Shown piece by piece: positions 19,816 through 32,555 of a stretch of DNA of 64,000 nt. Made by a program: the position numbers and the translations under genes. The number at the start of each line of letters is the position of its first letter. Position 1 is the first letter of the stretch. The DNA comes from Blastocladiella emersonii ATCC 22665 (lineage: Eukaryota > Fungi > Blastocladiomycota). The notes beneath the pieces are model-generated. The model made no database searches and was not told where the DNA came from. It saw only the letters and a list, made by a program, of their open reading frames with translations. The DNA lies in the NCBI GenBank assembly GCA_025594325.1, contig JANHCV010000004.1, positions 744,001-808,000 of the forward strand. Reading direction: 5' to 3'.

Positions 19816-21559
19816 CTACGCCTTGCCCGCCTTGCCCGCCTTGGCGTTGCGCTTCGCTGCTCCGCTCGCCTTCTGCTTCTTGGCCGCCGGCCCGGAAACG
19901 GCAGCGGCAGCGGCAGCGGCAGCAGCAGGAGCAGCCGTTTTCCGCTTTTTGGCGGGCGCGGGCGTCTCGACAGGAGCCTCGTCGTCGTCCTGCGCCTCAG
20001 GCACGATCAGGCCGACCATCTCGTCCTCCTCGGTGACCTTGCGCTTCTTGGTCGCCGACGCCGCCTTGGCCGCCGCCTTGGCCTCGGCCGCGGCCTGCTT
20101 GGCCTCGAGGGCCTCGAGCTGGTCCCAGACCTCCTCGCCGACCTCCTCGGGCTCGGGGACGGGCGCGGGGGCCGCGGGCGTACCGTCGGCGTTGACGAGC
20201 GGGGAGCGCCAAACACAGAGCGCCTCGAGGCGCTGCTTGGCAAAGAACTTGACGCGGGGCTGGCGGGTGGCGAGGTCCCAGAACCGGACGAACCGGTCGA
20301 GCCCGACGGCGATCACGGACACGCCGTCGCAGAGGACCTGGCGGATCGCGCCCTGCGGGCCGGGGAACCGGCCGAGGATCGCGGCGGCCGTCGGGCGCAC
20401 CTTGCCCTGGCGCGCCATGGCGCCGCGGTTGCGCGGGTGCGCCGGGTCCGACTTGTGCTGCTTCTGCTTGGCCAGGTGCGTCTGCGCCTGCGTCAGCGAC
20501 ACGTGCAGGATCGCGCCCTTGGCGTCGGCGACGACGACCTCGGTCTCGCGGTCCGGAATCCGCGCGAGGGACCGCAGCGGGGACTCGCCGGCGACCATGA
20601 CGCCCGCGGGCCGCCGCTGCTGGTGCGCGTGGTACACCTTGACCTCGTGGTGCATGGTGCACACGGCGACAGTCGTGCCGCGGGGGTTCATGAACTGCAG
20701 GTCCGTGATCCACACGGAGATCGGCAGGTCCAGCATGTCGTTGGGCACGTTCTTGGCGAACCACACGGGCGTGGGGTTCAGCTCGCCGTTCCACGCGGTC
20801 GGCGCGTCGCCGAGCCCCGCGAACTTGACCTCGCCCTTCTTGGTCACGGCCTCGGCCAAGGGCCGGTTCAGGTCCATGAGGTGCAGGTCCCGCTCCTCGC
20901 CGCCGAGCGCCAGCAGGTGCGGGTGCGTCGGCCCGCACGTGCGCACCCGGCACAGCTTGGCGCCGAGCTCCACGGTGCGCGGCGCGTCGACCACCTCGAC
21001 GATATCGGTCTCGTCGGCCGTCTCGGCGGGCACGTGCTTGACGCGCACCGCCGCCAGCGTGCCGCGGCGGTTCACGGCCATGATCGTCTCGCTATAGCGG
21101 GGGGTACAGTGAGTGCGAGCGAAAGTAGCAATTTGCAGAACTGAGCGCGTACTCGTTGAGCACATCGAGCCCGATCATCTCGGTAAACTCCTTGGCCGCG
21201 TCGCCCTTAACGCCGTCGGGGACGGAGAAGACGGGGATCGACGCGAGAACCGGGTTAAGCTCCTGGCTGCCCGTGAGGGCGTGGTCCCAGACGTCGACGA
21301 TGCCGTTGGCGCGGGCAACGAGCACGAGCTCGCGGCCGCACAGCTGCACGTTGGCCATGAGGACGACGCGCGTCGCCTTGTCGATGGTGCCGAACGCCAC
21401 GACCTGCGAGTTCGCGGCGGTGGCCGCGGCCTCAGCGGCGGCGCGCGCGCCCGGCTGAATCGCGATCAGCGACTGCTGCGCCGTGATGCCCGACGACACG
21501 CCCGCCGCGTACGGGATCGACTTGAGCTGGCCGCCCTCGGTGCCGACGAGGATTAGCAT
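19816..21559 (-). CDS. NSA1: Ribosome biogenesis WD-repeat protein Nsa1/WDR74 (2 exons)
   Basis: GTEGGQLK start, WFAKNVPNDMLDLPISVWITDLQF, GLDRFVRFWD and a Lys-rich tail. Confidence 0.9.
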
Positions 21560-21775
21560 GGTGTGTGTGTGCGGGTGGTTGATGTCGTGGCTGACGCGAG
21601 ACGTCGTCTTCGTGCCGTTCGAGTGGTCCGTTGACCGTGTCGCTGCGAGGGGTCGGTGGTCGGCTGGTCAGTGTCGTTCGACGTCACGGCGCATCAGGTG
21701 GCCCGTTGCCGTGTGGCGTTTTGCCTTGTCACTCGTCTGACGCCCGTCGCCTCTCCTCCTACTGCTCCCTCGCGA

Positions 21776-22210
21776 ATGAATGAATCTCACTTGCTAGTCG
21801 ATGCAACCTCACCCCCCAACATGTCCGAAATCATCTCCTTCAGCATCAACGCGCTGCGCAGCTCGGTGATCGTGGTCCTCGAGGTGCTGGTGCAAGTGAG
21901 CGGGGCGGTGCAGGTCGACGCGACGCCGTTTGCCGAGGTCCTCTACTACGTGCGCACGGGCTACGGGAACGTGTCGCCAAGTATCCCGCTCGTCGCGATG
22001 CTCGTGGTCACGGCGATCCTGACGTCGCTCATGGTTGGCGAGGTGTTTGGCGCCGTCGTCCGCGTCTCCAGCGTCCTCTCGCGCACCGCCGCCAAGCTCG
22101 TCATGTACATGGCCATGCTGTGCGCGTGCCTCTGGGTCTACTCGGTCGCGACGCGGAATCTCGGCGGCGGCGGCGAGAGTACCGGGTTCGACGACCACGA
22201 CGAGCTGTAA
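21776..22210 (+). CDS. Small two-TM membrane protein ending in HDEL (Apq12-like topology, tentative)
   Basis: ATG at 21776 or 21821. Two hydrophobic segments flank an amphipathic VVRVSSVLSRTAAKL; the C-terminus is DDHDEL*. Confidence 0.7.
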   Translation: MNESHLLVDATSPPNMSEIISFSINALRSSVIVVLEVLVQVSGAVQVDATPFAEVLYYVRTGYGNVSPSIPLVAMLVVTAILTSLMVGEVFGAVVRVSSVLSRTAAKLVMYMAMLCACLWVYSVATRNLGGGGESTGFDDHDEL

Positions 22211-22857
22211 GCTGCTGCCGCGATTGTCGTCGGCGCGGCGCCTACTGATACCATTTCTTTTCGTTCCTCCACCGGCGTGTGTTCACAACCTAATAGCATC
22301 AACTGTTCCTTCCCCTGCAACCACCTCCTGACCTGACGGATCGACTGGCGGGTTTGGGAGACGGCCCCCTCGATCACGGTCGGTCAAACTGTCCCAGTCG
22401 GCGCCCTTGCTCACCTGTCCCTTCGGCCGCAAGGGTGTTGCCGGAGCCTACTTCCGGTCTTCACGTCCCTTGGCCCACATCTCGGCCAGCGATCGAACAC
22501 ACGGCCCGCCGACCGTGTCCGACTGATGTACATCGCCATCGCGCCTCTCCCCGTCCCGCTGCCGGTCAGGCGCCCGGCCAGCGACCTCGACCGCGTCCAT
22601 CACCGTGAATGATCGACCTCGCCCGCTCGGGAGACGCGTCAGGGAGACACACTTCGTCGCTTGGACGCTAAAATAACCGTCCGCCCTCCAATATTAACCG
22701 CGCCGCGTCATCAGATGGCGGCTCGGAGAAACAAAACGGGACGCGACGCACATCCGCGTGAACGCTGCAGCTTGTGAAACGGGTCCGCCCTTTGGGCGCG
22801 CCCGGCCGACGGATCTGCATCGCAAACCCTTGGCAGCGTGGGCCCCCTCGCCCAAGC

Positions 22858-22863
22858 TATAAA
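22858..22863 (+). promoter_or_regulatory. TATA box of the EBP gene
   Basis: GCTATAAATT about 60 bp upstream of the ATG at 22922. Confidence 0.55.
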
Positions 22864-22921
22864 TTGGCGGCGGGCCCCCGCACGCGCCCTCTTCCCGCGC
22901 CGACACACCACCAAACTTGCC

Positions 22922-23741
22922 ATGACAACGCTGATCGTCGCGAGGAAGATGCCAATGACGCCTGAGCACCCGTTCTACCCGCGCGCGCTAGACCTGCCGC
23001 ACTACGTGCCGAACACGCTGAACGGCGAGCTGATCTTCGGCAGCTTCGGCGCCATCTGCGCGGCCCTCGTGCTCGCCGTGTGGTTCGCCGGCCGGTCGCT
23101 GCCGACGTTCCGTCGCGTGGTCCTCGTGTGGTGCGTGCTGAGCGGGTCGATCCACATGACCGTCGAGGGGTACTTTGTCGTCTTCTACGAGACCCTCGCG
23201 AGCCTCAACACGCCCATGGGCCAGCTGTGGAAGGAGTACGCCAAGTGCGACAGCCGCTATATGTGGGGCGAGCGCGCCGTCTGGATGATCGAGCTGATCA
23301 CCTCGGTACGGCCTTCCCCTCTCTCTCGGATCCGCGACGGCGCCCGCTAACCGCGCTATCACCTAGTTCGCCTGGGGCCCGCTCCTGTACCTCGTCGCGT
23401 ACCGTCTGTGGTCGGCACACACGCGCGTGCACCGGTACCTCCCGCTCCTCGTCGTGATCAGCACGGGCCAGCTGTACGGGACGATCCTGTACTTTGCGAC
23501 GTCGCTGCGGACCGCCGCGCGGGCCGCGGGCGCGCCCGAGCCGTCGTCGCTCGTCGAAACCGTTGCCGACGTGCTCAACCGCGTCGTATACGACGACGGC
23601 CGCCCGGAACGCTACTACTTCTGGATCTACTTCTTCACCATGAACGTCATCTGGATCGTCGTGCCCTCCACGGTCCTCATCTGGGCGATGCGGATCCTGT
23701 CGCGCGACCCGGCCAAGGCGGCGAGCAAGAAGTCGAAGTAA
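22922..23741 (+). CDS. EBP: Emopamil-binding protein / sterol delta8-delta7 isomerase (EXPERA family), 2 exons
   Basis: HPFYPR.L.LPHYVPN, IHMTVEGYF, QLWKEYAKCDSRY, ELIT, STGQLYGTILYF and YFWIYFFTMNVIWIVVP. Confidence 0.92.
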
Positions 23742-23805
23742 AGTGGGCGGGTAGGTGTTTGATACATGTTTCCATTCATTCGCTTCACACACAAAGCCGG
23801 TATCG

Positions 23806-25621
23806 TCACTGAGGCGGGCCCGCATAGTACCCCTGCGGCTGCGGCGGAGGCGCTTGCTGCTGCTGCTGCCACTGCGCTGGTGGCGGCGGCGTCGCGCCCG
23901 CCGACGGGAGCGCGTACATGCCAGCCGGCGGCGGCAGCTGCTGCTGCTGCGGCGGTGGCGGTCCGCTGAACTGCTGGTGGTGGTGGAAGTGCTGATTTGG
24001 GTCGACACCCGGGGGCGGCGGCGCGTAGTACCCGCCACCCGGCGGCTGCGGCGGAAGCGACGCGCCCGTCGAGTTGGTCGCGACGCCGCCCTGCTGCGGG
24101 GGTGCGCCGTACACGTAGTTGCCCTGTGGACCGTGCGGCGGTGATGGCGCGTACCCGGCAGCCGGGTCAAATGGCGGCGACTGCGGGTGCTGCATCGGCG
24201 GCGGCGGGCCGCCAGAGTACGCGTGCGGGCCAGCCGTCGGCGGGTACCCCGCGGGCGGGAACCCAGCCGCCGCCGGCGGCGCCCCCGGCGCGTACCCAGC
24301 TTGCGCAGGGTTAGCGCGGAGCACCGCGTCCATGAGCCGGTCGTACGTGGCGCGTGCGCGCGTGAGCTTGTCGTTGAGGGCGAGGAGCTTCTCGCGGCGC
24401 TCGGTGACGGCGGCGAGCTGGGTGACGAGGGCGGGGCGCAGGCCGACGAGTTTCAGGTACCGCTCCTGCACGCCCGGGTGCTGCACGGGCGAGGTGGCGC
24501 GCGGGTCGAGCGAGTGCAGCAGCGAGACGAACTCGTCGACCACGGCCGAGTCCTGCAGCAGCTTGTCGATGGACGTGTCGCGCGCGGCCGTTGCGGTCGC
24601 GGTCGCAGTCGCGGCGGGGGTGGAGGAGGGAGCGGCGGCGGCGGCGGCGGCGGCGTCGAGGCGCTGCACGTAGTTGGACGGGATCAGGCCCGACTTGCCG
24701 CGCAGGGTGCCGTCCCACCAGTCGTCGTAGTCGGCGTCGGTGATGGCGATCACGTCGCCCGTGCGGAACGGGAGCTCGCCCGCCTCGGTCCCGGCAAAGT
24801 CGTACTGCGCCGTGACGTGGAACAGGATCTTCGGGGTCGCAGCGGCGGGCGGTGCCGGGGCCGGGGCCGGGGCCGGGGCGGGCGCAGCGCGCACACTCGT
24901 TGCCGCCGCCGCCTTGCGCGGCTGGTTCGACTGCTGCTCCGAGAGCGACAGGGCGATCGCGAGCTCGAGATCCTCCTTCTCCTTGATCCGCGCCGCCTCG
25001 TCCGCCGCCGCGTCGCGCTTCGGCTTGGGCTTCGCGTGCGCGTGCGCGCTGCTCGCGGCGATCCCGGCAAACGAGTGGCCCTGGGCCGCGAGGCGCGCCT
25101 TGACGTCGGCCATGTAGCCCAGCCGCGGGTCGGCCTTGTAGGCGTCGACGCAGTGCTCGACGAGGGCGAGCAGCTTGGCGCGGACGAGCGCGTGGGTGTC
25201 GGGGGCGTTGAGGACCTTGATGAGCACCTCGGTGAACTGGCGCGACGAGATCTCGCGCTGCACGGCCGCCGAACAGTTCTTGACCAGGCCCTCGGTCAGC
25301 GACAGCGCCAGAAGGACCACGTTCTGATTGCGGTGCGGCAGGCGTTTCGCGATGGCGGCGACGCACTCGCGCGCGCTACATCCGAGACGGGGTCAGCAAG
25401 GGGCGGGCGTGCGGCTGCGAGGCGGAGGGGGAGCGTACCCGGCGGTGCCCGACGAGTCGACGACGTCGCAAATGTCGAGGAACAGGCCCCAGTCCTCGCC
25501 CACGGCGTTCTCGGACGTGGCCTTGTCTACACGGCGGTTCCCCCGAGAGTGAGCGCGGGTGGCGCTTCGGGTGATGACGACGCGGGCGCAACGCACCGAC
25601 GAGGTCTTTGATGGAGCCCAT
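23806..25621 (-). CDS. HSE1: ESCRT-0 subunit Hse1/STAM (VHS-UIM-SH3-GAT, Pro/Gln-rich tail), 3 exons
   Basis: VHS (DKATSEN..GEDWGLFLDICD; NQNVVLLALSL), UIM (EKEDLELAIALSLSE) and SH3 (AQYDF..TEAGELPF..GDVI......DWWDG......GLIPSNYV). Confidence 0.93.
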
Positions 25622-26036
25622 CGGTGAGCAGTGCAGAGTGGTTCCGGGTGTTGATGCGTGCAGTTACGTTGCGAATTGAGCGAGCGGGGAGGAGCGGCCA
25701 TGACTGAGCGGGCGAGCGAAAACGCGCGCCAAGAGGAGGCGAACGCGTCGACTGGCAGCCCACGTGGGCGCAGCTGATACGTGGCGTCAAGCCTCGAGCG
25801 CTGCTGCAGCGGCAGGGCAAAGAAAGGCAGCGAAAATGGCGTCTGCGGCGAGACTCGAACGCTGGGCGCGCACGCCCGACTGACTCGTCCGCGCCGAGTC
25901 GGCTACGCCGGCCACAGGCAGTTCTCGGAGGATTGATGGCCGCACTCGCCCTGTTTTGTTGTTTTCGCCCGTCGCCCATCCTCTCTCCCCCGGACCGCTC
26001 AGCCGCAGCCCCGCCGCGCTTGTTCATCGGTAAATA

Positions 26037-26302
26037 GTTTATTCCGAGGGATTTATGGGACCTGCCGGCTAAAAAAGCTGAGCTGCCGAGGGGATTTTTC
26101 CGCACCTGCCGACACTCCGTGCGGACGCGCCGAGGGAAGGAGCGGATCGGCCGAGACGCGGGGCGGGCTGGCCGTGGCCCCGTGCGGACCCGCCGAGGCT
26201 TCGTGCGGATCCACCGAGGAACTCGCTTCGCACGCTCTATCTCCCTCAGTTTGCGCCCTCCTCACCCGTAACTGCACACGCACGCTCGCACCACTCCCTG
26301 CA
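26037..26302 (+). repeat. MULE left TIR (266 bp)
   Basis: Reverse complement of 32290-32555; no mismatch seen by eye. The outermost 8-10 bp of the two ends differ. Confidence 0.95.
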
Positions 26303-27414
26303 ATGATAATATATGAACAGTTCCACGAAAATACGACTCGCCGTGCGCGAACCTTGGAAAGCTCAGCCCCCCGCCATGTCGATCCGCTCTCGTCCGCTCT
26401 CTTGTCGCGCGGGCCACCCGTGTCACCATGTCTTGATTGACGAGCACAATCTACCGATGTGAGTCGTCGATCTGGGCTGCCGCCGTTGCTCGGTTTCCAC
26501 ATGCCGCGACCACACTCTGCCGCGACCACACTCTGCCGCTCGCCGCGCGGAGCCGCGCGAGTCCTGCCGTACTAGTGCAGGCCGCCGGGTTTCGGATCAT
26601 CTCGAGTGGGTGAGTAGCTGTCGTTGCCGCGTCCACCAAGCGCTTGCGCCACGCTGACCGCGCGGGCGACGATCGTTCCAACTCTTCACGTCCAACGGAC
26701 GCAACGCGCTAGAAAGCGCGACGCGGCCGCCGCGGGCACTGCCGACTGGAACATGGGCTAGATCGTCGCCGTGCAGCTGCCGTGGTGGCAGCATGCGCTG
26801 ATGCGCAGTAAAATCGACACGGCTCTCGTCGCCGCGTCCAAGATCGCTACAGGGATCACGCTGAACACTTGATCCTGCTCTCAGGTCGCCATCTGGTCGC
26901 GCGCGCGAAGCTCCTCTCAACGGAGACCATGCGCTATTGTTTCTAGTGCGCGTTGAGCGACCCGAGACGCGCAGCGGCCGATCCACTTCGCGGACATCGC
27001 AAGACGACGTCGTTCCGCTTCCTCGCCTTCGCTACTGACCTTCTGTACCACTATCCGTTGCACTAGGTCGGTCGCATTGCCGCGCTCAACCTCAGCATTA
27101 CCGGTTACTTCACGATGGAGGGTGGTGTGGTCCGCTGCGTCAGGAACCGCCGCGGACCTTTGGGCTCGCGCCTCGATCGCGTCGATTGTTTCGCCACGAG
27201 ACGAGGAGCAGACTGCTCCCGGTGATACAGAATTGCCGTCGCTATGGGCGGTAAGAGAAACAGCTGTATTGTCCCGAGTATCATGTCTCACGTCTCACGA
27301 GGCGACGTCACATGATTGATCAACGCGTCTCCTTCACCATCAACGAGTTGCGCGACTGATCCACCAGCGGATTTAGAGACAAACGAAAATATATGAGGAA
27401 CAAAAAACTTTGGA

Positions 27415-30400
27415 CTAGCCCAGGACCCGGTACACGGCGAGCGAGATGGACTTCATCATGTTGGACGCTGTCCCCGCTGCGTTGCGCAACATCGGGACTT
27501 GGTCGCGAGGGACGGAAAGGCGGACGGCGGGCACCGACGGATTGGGCAGCCCGTAGGTAGCCTTCTTCTCTACAGTAACAGGCACGGACTTGCGTGCGCT
27601 CGACTTGTAGGGCTCAAAGATGGATGCGCTGCCGCCGCCCATGTCGTCAAAGTACCACCACGAGCCGCCGTAGACGAAGGCGCTCGTATAGTGCGCGGTC
27701 CGCTCGCTTGGGTGATAGTACACGACGGCGCAGAGGCGAAGCGCGAGTCTACGTGAGTGGGCGTTCACACGTGAGTTGAGTAGGAGGAGACAGAGAGCAG
27801 TTGGCGCGTACCCATTGGTCGTGATCATGGCGGGGACAGGGTCAGACAGCGGTCCAGTATGGTCGCGCATTGGAGAAACAGCGAGAAAGTGCGGCGCCGA
27901 CGGGACGATCAGGTTGTCGCGAATGAAGCGAGGACAGATGCATCTAGACGCAACAAGAGCGAATCAGTCAGTATCACGTCAAGCGATGCAAGCGAGGTGA
28001 AGGCGATCAATCGAGGTGGCGAACTTTTTCATGTCCTTCTTCGCGACCAATTTCTTGTCCTCGAAGGACTCGTGGCGCGATGACGCGCGGCACGGACACG
28101 CGTCGCACGGATCGAGGCAGCTCTTGACCGCCTGCTCGATGTTGGGGGTGTACGGCGTGATGATGGACGCCGAGGAGGAAGGGAAGTCGCGTCTGTTCTT
28201 GAACGAGCGCGTCCCAAATCGCCTTGAAGTTGTTGGGGTCAGACAGTGCGCGCACGCGCGCTCGTCTTCCGGGTGGTATTCGAGCGCGAGGAGCGGGCGG
28301 TGCAGCGTGTTGGTCGCGCGCGCGCTGTCCAGCTGCGCCATGTCGACCTTGTACATCTCGAAGACGTGATCGGCGACATCGCCGACCCACGAGACAGACA
28401 CGTCGGTTTTGCTGTGCACGTCAAACCCACCCGGCAGGCGTCCGCCCGTCCTATTCGCGAAGACGTGCGCGTACAGGAAGCGGGCGCGGTCGTACTCGCC
28501 TGCCCGCAGAAGGCGAAACACGTCGCGAATCGTGTCGCGCGGCGCGGGCACCTCGGGGAAGCGCGCCATGTCCCACGACGTGCTTTCAGACGGCGCAAAC
28601 ACGTCCATTACCCGAGTGTCAACCATGACCCACAGGAGCGCCGTGAAGAGCGCGTCAAACGGGCACGCGTAGAACAGGTCGTAGCTGAAGTTGGGCGAGA
28701 CGTCGATGGAGCCCGTGTTGGGCGGGCCGTGTGGGACGTTGACGGGGAGGATGGCGCGCTGAGCAGGCCGCGGCTGCGTCGCGTTGTTTGATGCGCTGCG
28801 GGCCCACGCAGCTGCGTTGCTGGCGGCGAGCGCGGGCATCGTCTTGAGCGTGGCCGCATGCGAGTGCTTGCCGAGCCCTTGGCCAACCTGCACGAGCTGC
28901 GGGGCCGGAGCGCCGCGCTCGATTGGACGCGCACTTGCGGCTGGCGGCGGGCGGACTGCAGCGGCATCGCGACTGCGCGGCGGAACCGCGATCTTCGGCG
29001 ACACGAGCCGCGACGCGAACGGCGACGATGAGGGCGGCTGGAGCGGGGCGGCATCAGCACGCGCGCGCGAGGGTCGCGGCGGCCGCGGCATGCTCGGGGA
29101 TGGCGCAGGGGGCGACGCCGGAAGCGGCGTGGGAGGTGACGCGGGAGGTGACGCGGGAGGTGACGCGGGCGCAGCAGCTGGCCGGCGGCGCTTTGGCGCG
29201 GCTTGCTCGCTGGTCGAGGCGTTGACACTACGCGCGCGCTTCGTAGTGTTGGCAGCAGTGGGCCGCCATTCCTGCATCGTCATGACGCGCGCGGGCCGCC
29301 CGCGCGATGGCCGAAGGTCGTCCGCCGCGTCGCGTTGGGGGGCTTCGCCGCTGGCCGCCGCCTCGGCGAGTGCAAACAGTTTCGCGGCGCCCTCGTCGGC
29401 TGCTGCGTCGCCAAACATCCACGGAACCGAGTCGAGCCCGCCGTCGTCGTCGCGAGTGCCAGGCGCGGCGGCGGCGCTTGAGTCGGACTCAAAGCCAGAT
29501 CTCTCGCCGTCAACGAGCATGCGGTCGTCATCGCCGTTGGACCCGTCGCCCACGCACGACCGGTCGGCGTCAAACCGCTCGTCGAGGTCCATGTCGTTCT
29601 CGTCGCAGGTGCTGCTGCGCGCCTCGCGCGAGGACGACGCCGCGGCGACGCGAGCCGACACGACAGAACCCGTGCCGCTGTCGCCGTCGGTCGAGCGGGA
29701 CAGAGCGGGTGCAACGGTTGAGCGTTCGCGGCGCCGGCGGTTGGGTTTGCGCGCAAGCGGGTTGCCCCACTCTAGGTTGTCGAAATCGGCAACCTGCACT
29801 GGATCGAGCTCGTCCAGATCGGCGAGGAACTCGGTGGTCGCTTGGCGGAGGTCGAGCATCCACGCAGGGAGCGGGATGTCGGCGTCGAGCAGCGAGACGA
29901 CCTCGGGCACCGACGCCCGCTTCTTGCTGTGCGACTTGGGCTCGCACTGCCGGCGACCGTGGTTGAACATGAGGTGCGCGGCGATGAGGTGGGCGCACAC
30001 CTGGTTGTGGTCACGCGAAGCGCGGCAGGTGCACCGATGCTTCTCGAGGTAGACGTAGTGCTTGCGACCCGACTCCTCAAAACTGACAACGAGGAAGATG
30101 GACGGCGACGGATCGCCGCCCACGCGGGCGAGCTTGCGCACCGTTTCCACGTCGGTGACGCGCGCAACGAGGCCGAACTGCCAAAGATCGAAGCCGTGCG
30201 CACGATGGGCGGCCTGGTCCATGGTGAAGCGCGGGTCGTCATCGCCTCGCTCACGCAGCATCCGCTCGTAGTACGGGAACATGAGCTCCAGGATTCGGTG
30301 AAGGAGAAGATCGAGGCGGTTGCCTGCGATGTTACTAGATTCGCGCGGCGCGGAGCTGCATTAGTCCCAAGTTGCGCGTGCTGTACGGCGCGGGCAGCGT

Positions 30401-32061
30401 ACTTTAGCACAACACGATCAAACGTGCGAAACATGGCCTCGGTGATGTTGTTGGTGTTGCTGAGTGCAGGCGCGATCTCAGTCGAGCCCGTTGCGTCGAC
30501 GATGTACGCTACACAGGAGCCACATGGTCAGTTGCCTTGCACATGTGGTGTGACCCATGCAAACAACGTACGCAGCCACGTTGGCGAGAACCAGTAGCGC
30601 TGGAAGTACTCGACCCAGGACTCGTGCTCGAGGAGAGCGAGCGACGGTTACCGCGAACCAGGTCGACGAGGACATCCACGACACGCTCGCGGAACGCCTT
30701 GAGGAACGCGACGAGCGTTTCCGTCTTGATGTCCGATGAGACGAGGACGGCAACGGGGAGCCCGCGGCTACACAATTTGACAACGGCTGGGTCAGTACAA
30801 CGCTGTCGCGCGGCGCGTTGAGAGAGAGGGAGGGCGCGCACCCTTGCGGGTTGAAGATCGTGAGGATCGTCATGGGGATCGAGCCCGAGCTCTTGTGCCG
30901 GTGCGAGCTGTCGATTCCCGTCGGCGCGCCGCGATGGTAGGCGAGCCACCAGAGCGCGGCATTGTCGGTCATGAAGGCGACCGCGAATGGCGCACGGGTG
31001 TAGTGGATGACCTTGGCCGTGTTGTCGGCGACGATCTTGTCCACGACGTCGAGCATGAGCTTGAACTTGTTCGAGTGCGCATGGCTATGGCAGTCGCCGA
31101 TCTGGTTCTCGCTTGGGCGGCGGTACTCGGGGATGTTGCGCTCCTTGCAGAAGAACAGGACCTCTACAAGAGGCGGCGGACGGTTCGTTAGACTCGCGAC
31201 GCGGACAGCGGGGACGCGTTGGCGGATCGTACCATTGATCAAGGCGCGTCGGGTGAGGCTGAAGTCGAGCTTGCGGCGGTTCATGAACTTCTCGACGAGC
31301 GGGGAGATCTTGAGCTGTTTGAGCGGGATGACGTCGGTGTGGTCGTCGTAGAAGCGGACGAGCGCGGTCTTGAGGTCGCGGGCGTAGATGTAGATGGAGA
31401 TCGTCACGGGGCATGTACGCCGCGGGGCGTTGCCACGCTTGCCGACGGGTAGCGCATGCCACTCGGCGACTGCCTTGGCGTCGTCATCGGAGATCGGGCA
31501 GGACGGGCGACTGAGGCAACCGTAGCGGGCGCGGTAGACGAGATTGTCGTTGTCGGGCAGGTAGGGGACCGCGAAGGGGATGCACGGGATCGAGATGCGG
31601 GGATCTGGGTGCGGGATGTTGGACGTCTGCGTGATAACGACGTCGGGCGAGAAGTCGGTGCTGTCGAACGTGAAGTCCTGGTGCATGGTGTTGAAGAAGT
31701 GCGGGATGTCGGACACGGGCACGCGGAACGTGCGGCTACGAGCGATGCAAGCGGACGTGAGTTTCCCATGGATCGGCCGACACGATGTGCAGGCGTGGTA
31801 TATCGCTTACGTTGGGTTGTTAGACTTGGTCGTGTCCCTCAAGGCGACAGCCTTGAACGAGCGGGTCATGTCCTCGCGCTGGGGCGGCCGAGGGGCGACG
31901 GCGCTTGCGACAGACCGGTCCATGTGCGCCTTCATGATGTCGCCGCCCATGAGGAGCATCTGGCCGAGATGATCAGATAGTCGGCCGACGGCCGTGTTGG
32001 CGTCGGTAGCGGCGAGGAGGCGGTCGATCTCGTCAAGGCCGTCGTCTTCATGGCCCGCCAC
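27415..32061 (-). pseudogene. Multi-exon MULE transposase with SWIM finger, long low-complexity linker and C-terminal USP-like protease domain; DDE core appears deleted
   Basis: First catalytic Asp in GIDSSH..PMTILTIF.P.G/RGLPVA; YFQRYW...W; catalytic Glu in SNTNNITEAMF; SWIM CTC......VCAH. Cys box ACPFDALF (about 28663) and His box AVVYYH...AHYTS....SWWYFDD (about 27690). Frame jump near 30645 with no second Asp or CxxH. Confidence 0.75.
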
Positions 32062-32289
32062 ATTTTCTCCTCCTCCTCCTCCTCAAAGTCAGACGACACG
32101 TCGTCGGCACGGGGTTCGGGAACACGCGCAGCGGCGATAGAAGGGTCGGGAAACTTGGGCGGGCGACCGCCGCGGTTGGCGGTGGTCCGAACGGCAGCTT
32201 GCGTCGCGCGCCTGGCGCCACCGCCACCGCCGTGAAGGGCGGGAGACGACGAGGGCGGTGCCGTCATCGCAATGTTGGGCAGGGCACGA

Positions 32290-32555
32290 TGCAGGGAGTG
32301 GTGCGAGCGTGCGTGTGCAGTTACGGGTGAGGAGGGCGCAAACTGAGGGAGATAGAGCGTGCGAAGCGAGTTCCTCGGTGGATCCGCACGAAGCCTCGGC
32401 GGGTCCGCACGGGGCCACGGCCAGCCCGCCCCGCGTCTCGGCCGATCCGCTCCTTCCCTCGGCGCGTCCGCACGGAGTGTCGGCAGGTGCGGAAAAATCC
32501 CCTCGGCAGCTCAGCTTTTTTAGCCGGCAGGTCCCATAAATCCCTCGGAATAAAC
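32290..32555 (-). repeat. MULE right TIR (266 bp)
   Basis: Reverse complement of 26037-26302. Confidence 0.95.

Noticed and set aside
26500-26540. Short tandem duplications (26500-26540, 29125-29168, 61150-61190) as CRISPR-like repeats
   Set aside because: Only 2-3 adjacent units with no spacers, in a eukaryotic context with no cas genes.
26039-32552. Tc1/mariner-type TA target duplication for the TIR element
   Set aside because: The TA lies within the inverted repeat; the 9 bp direct repeat, long TIRs and MULE/SWIM motifs fit Mutator.
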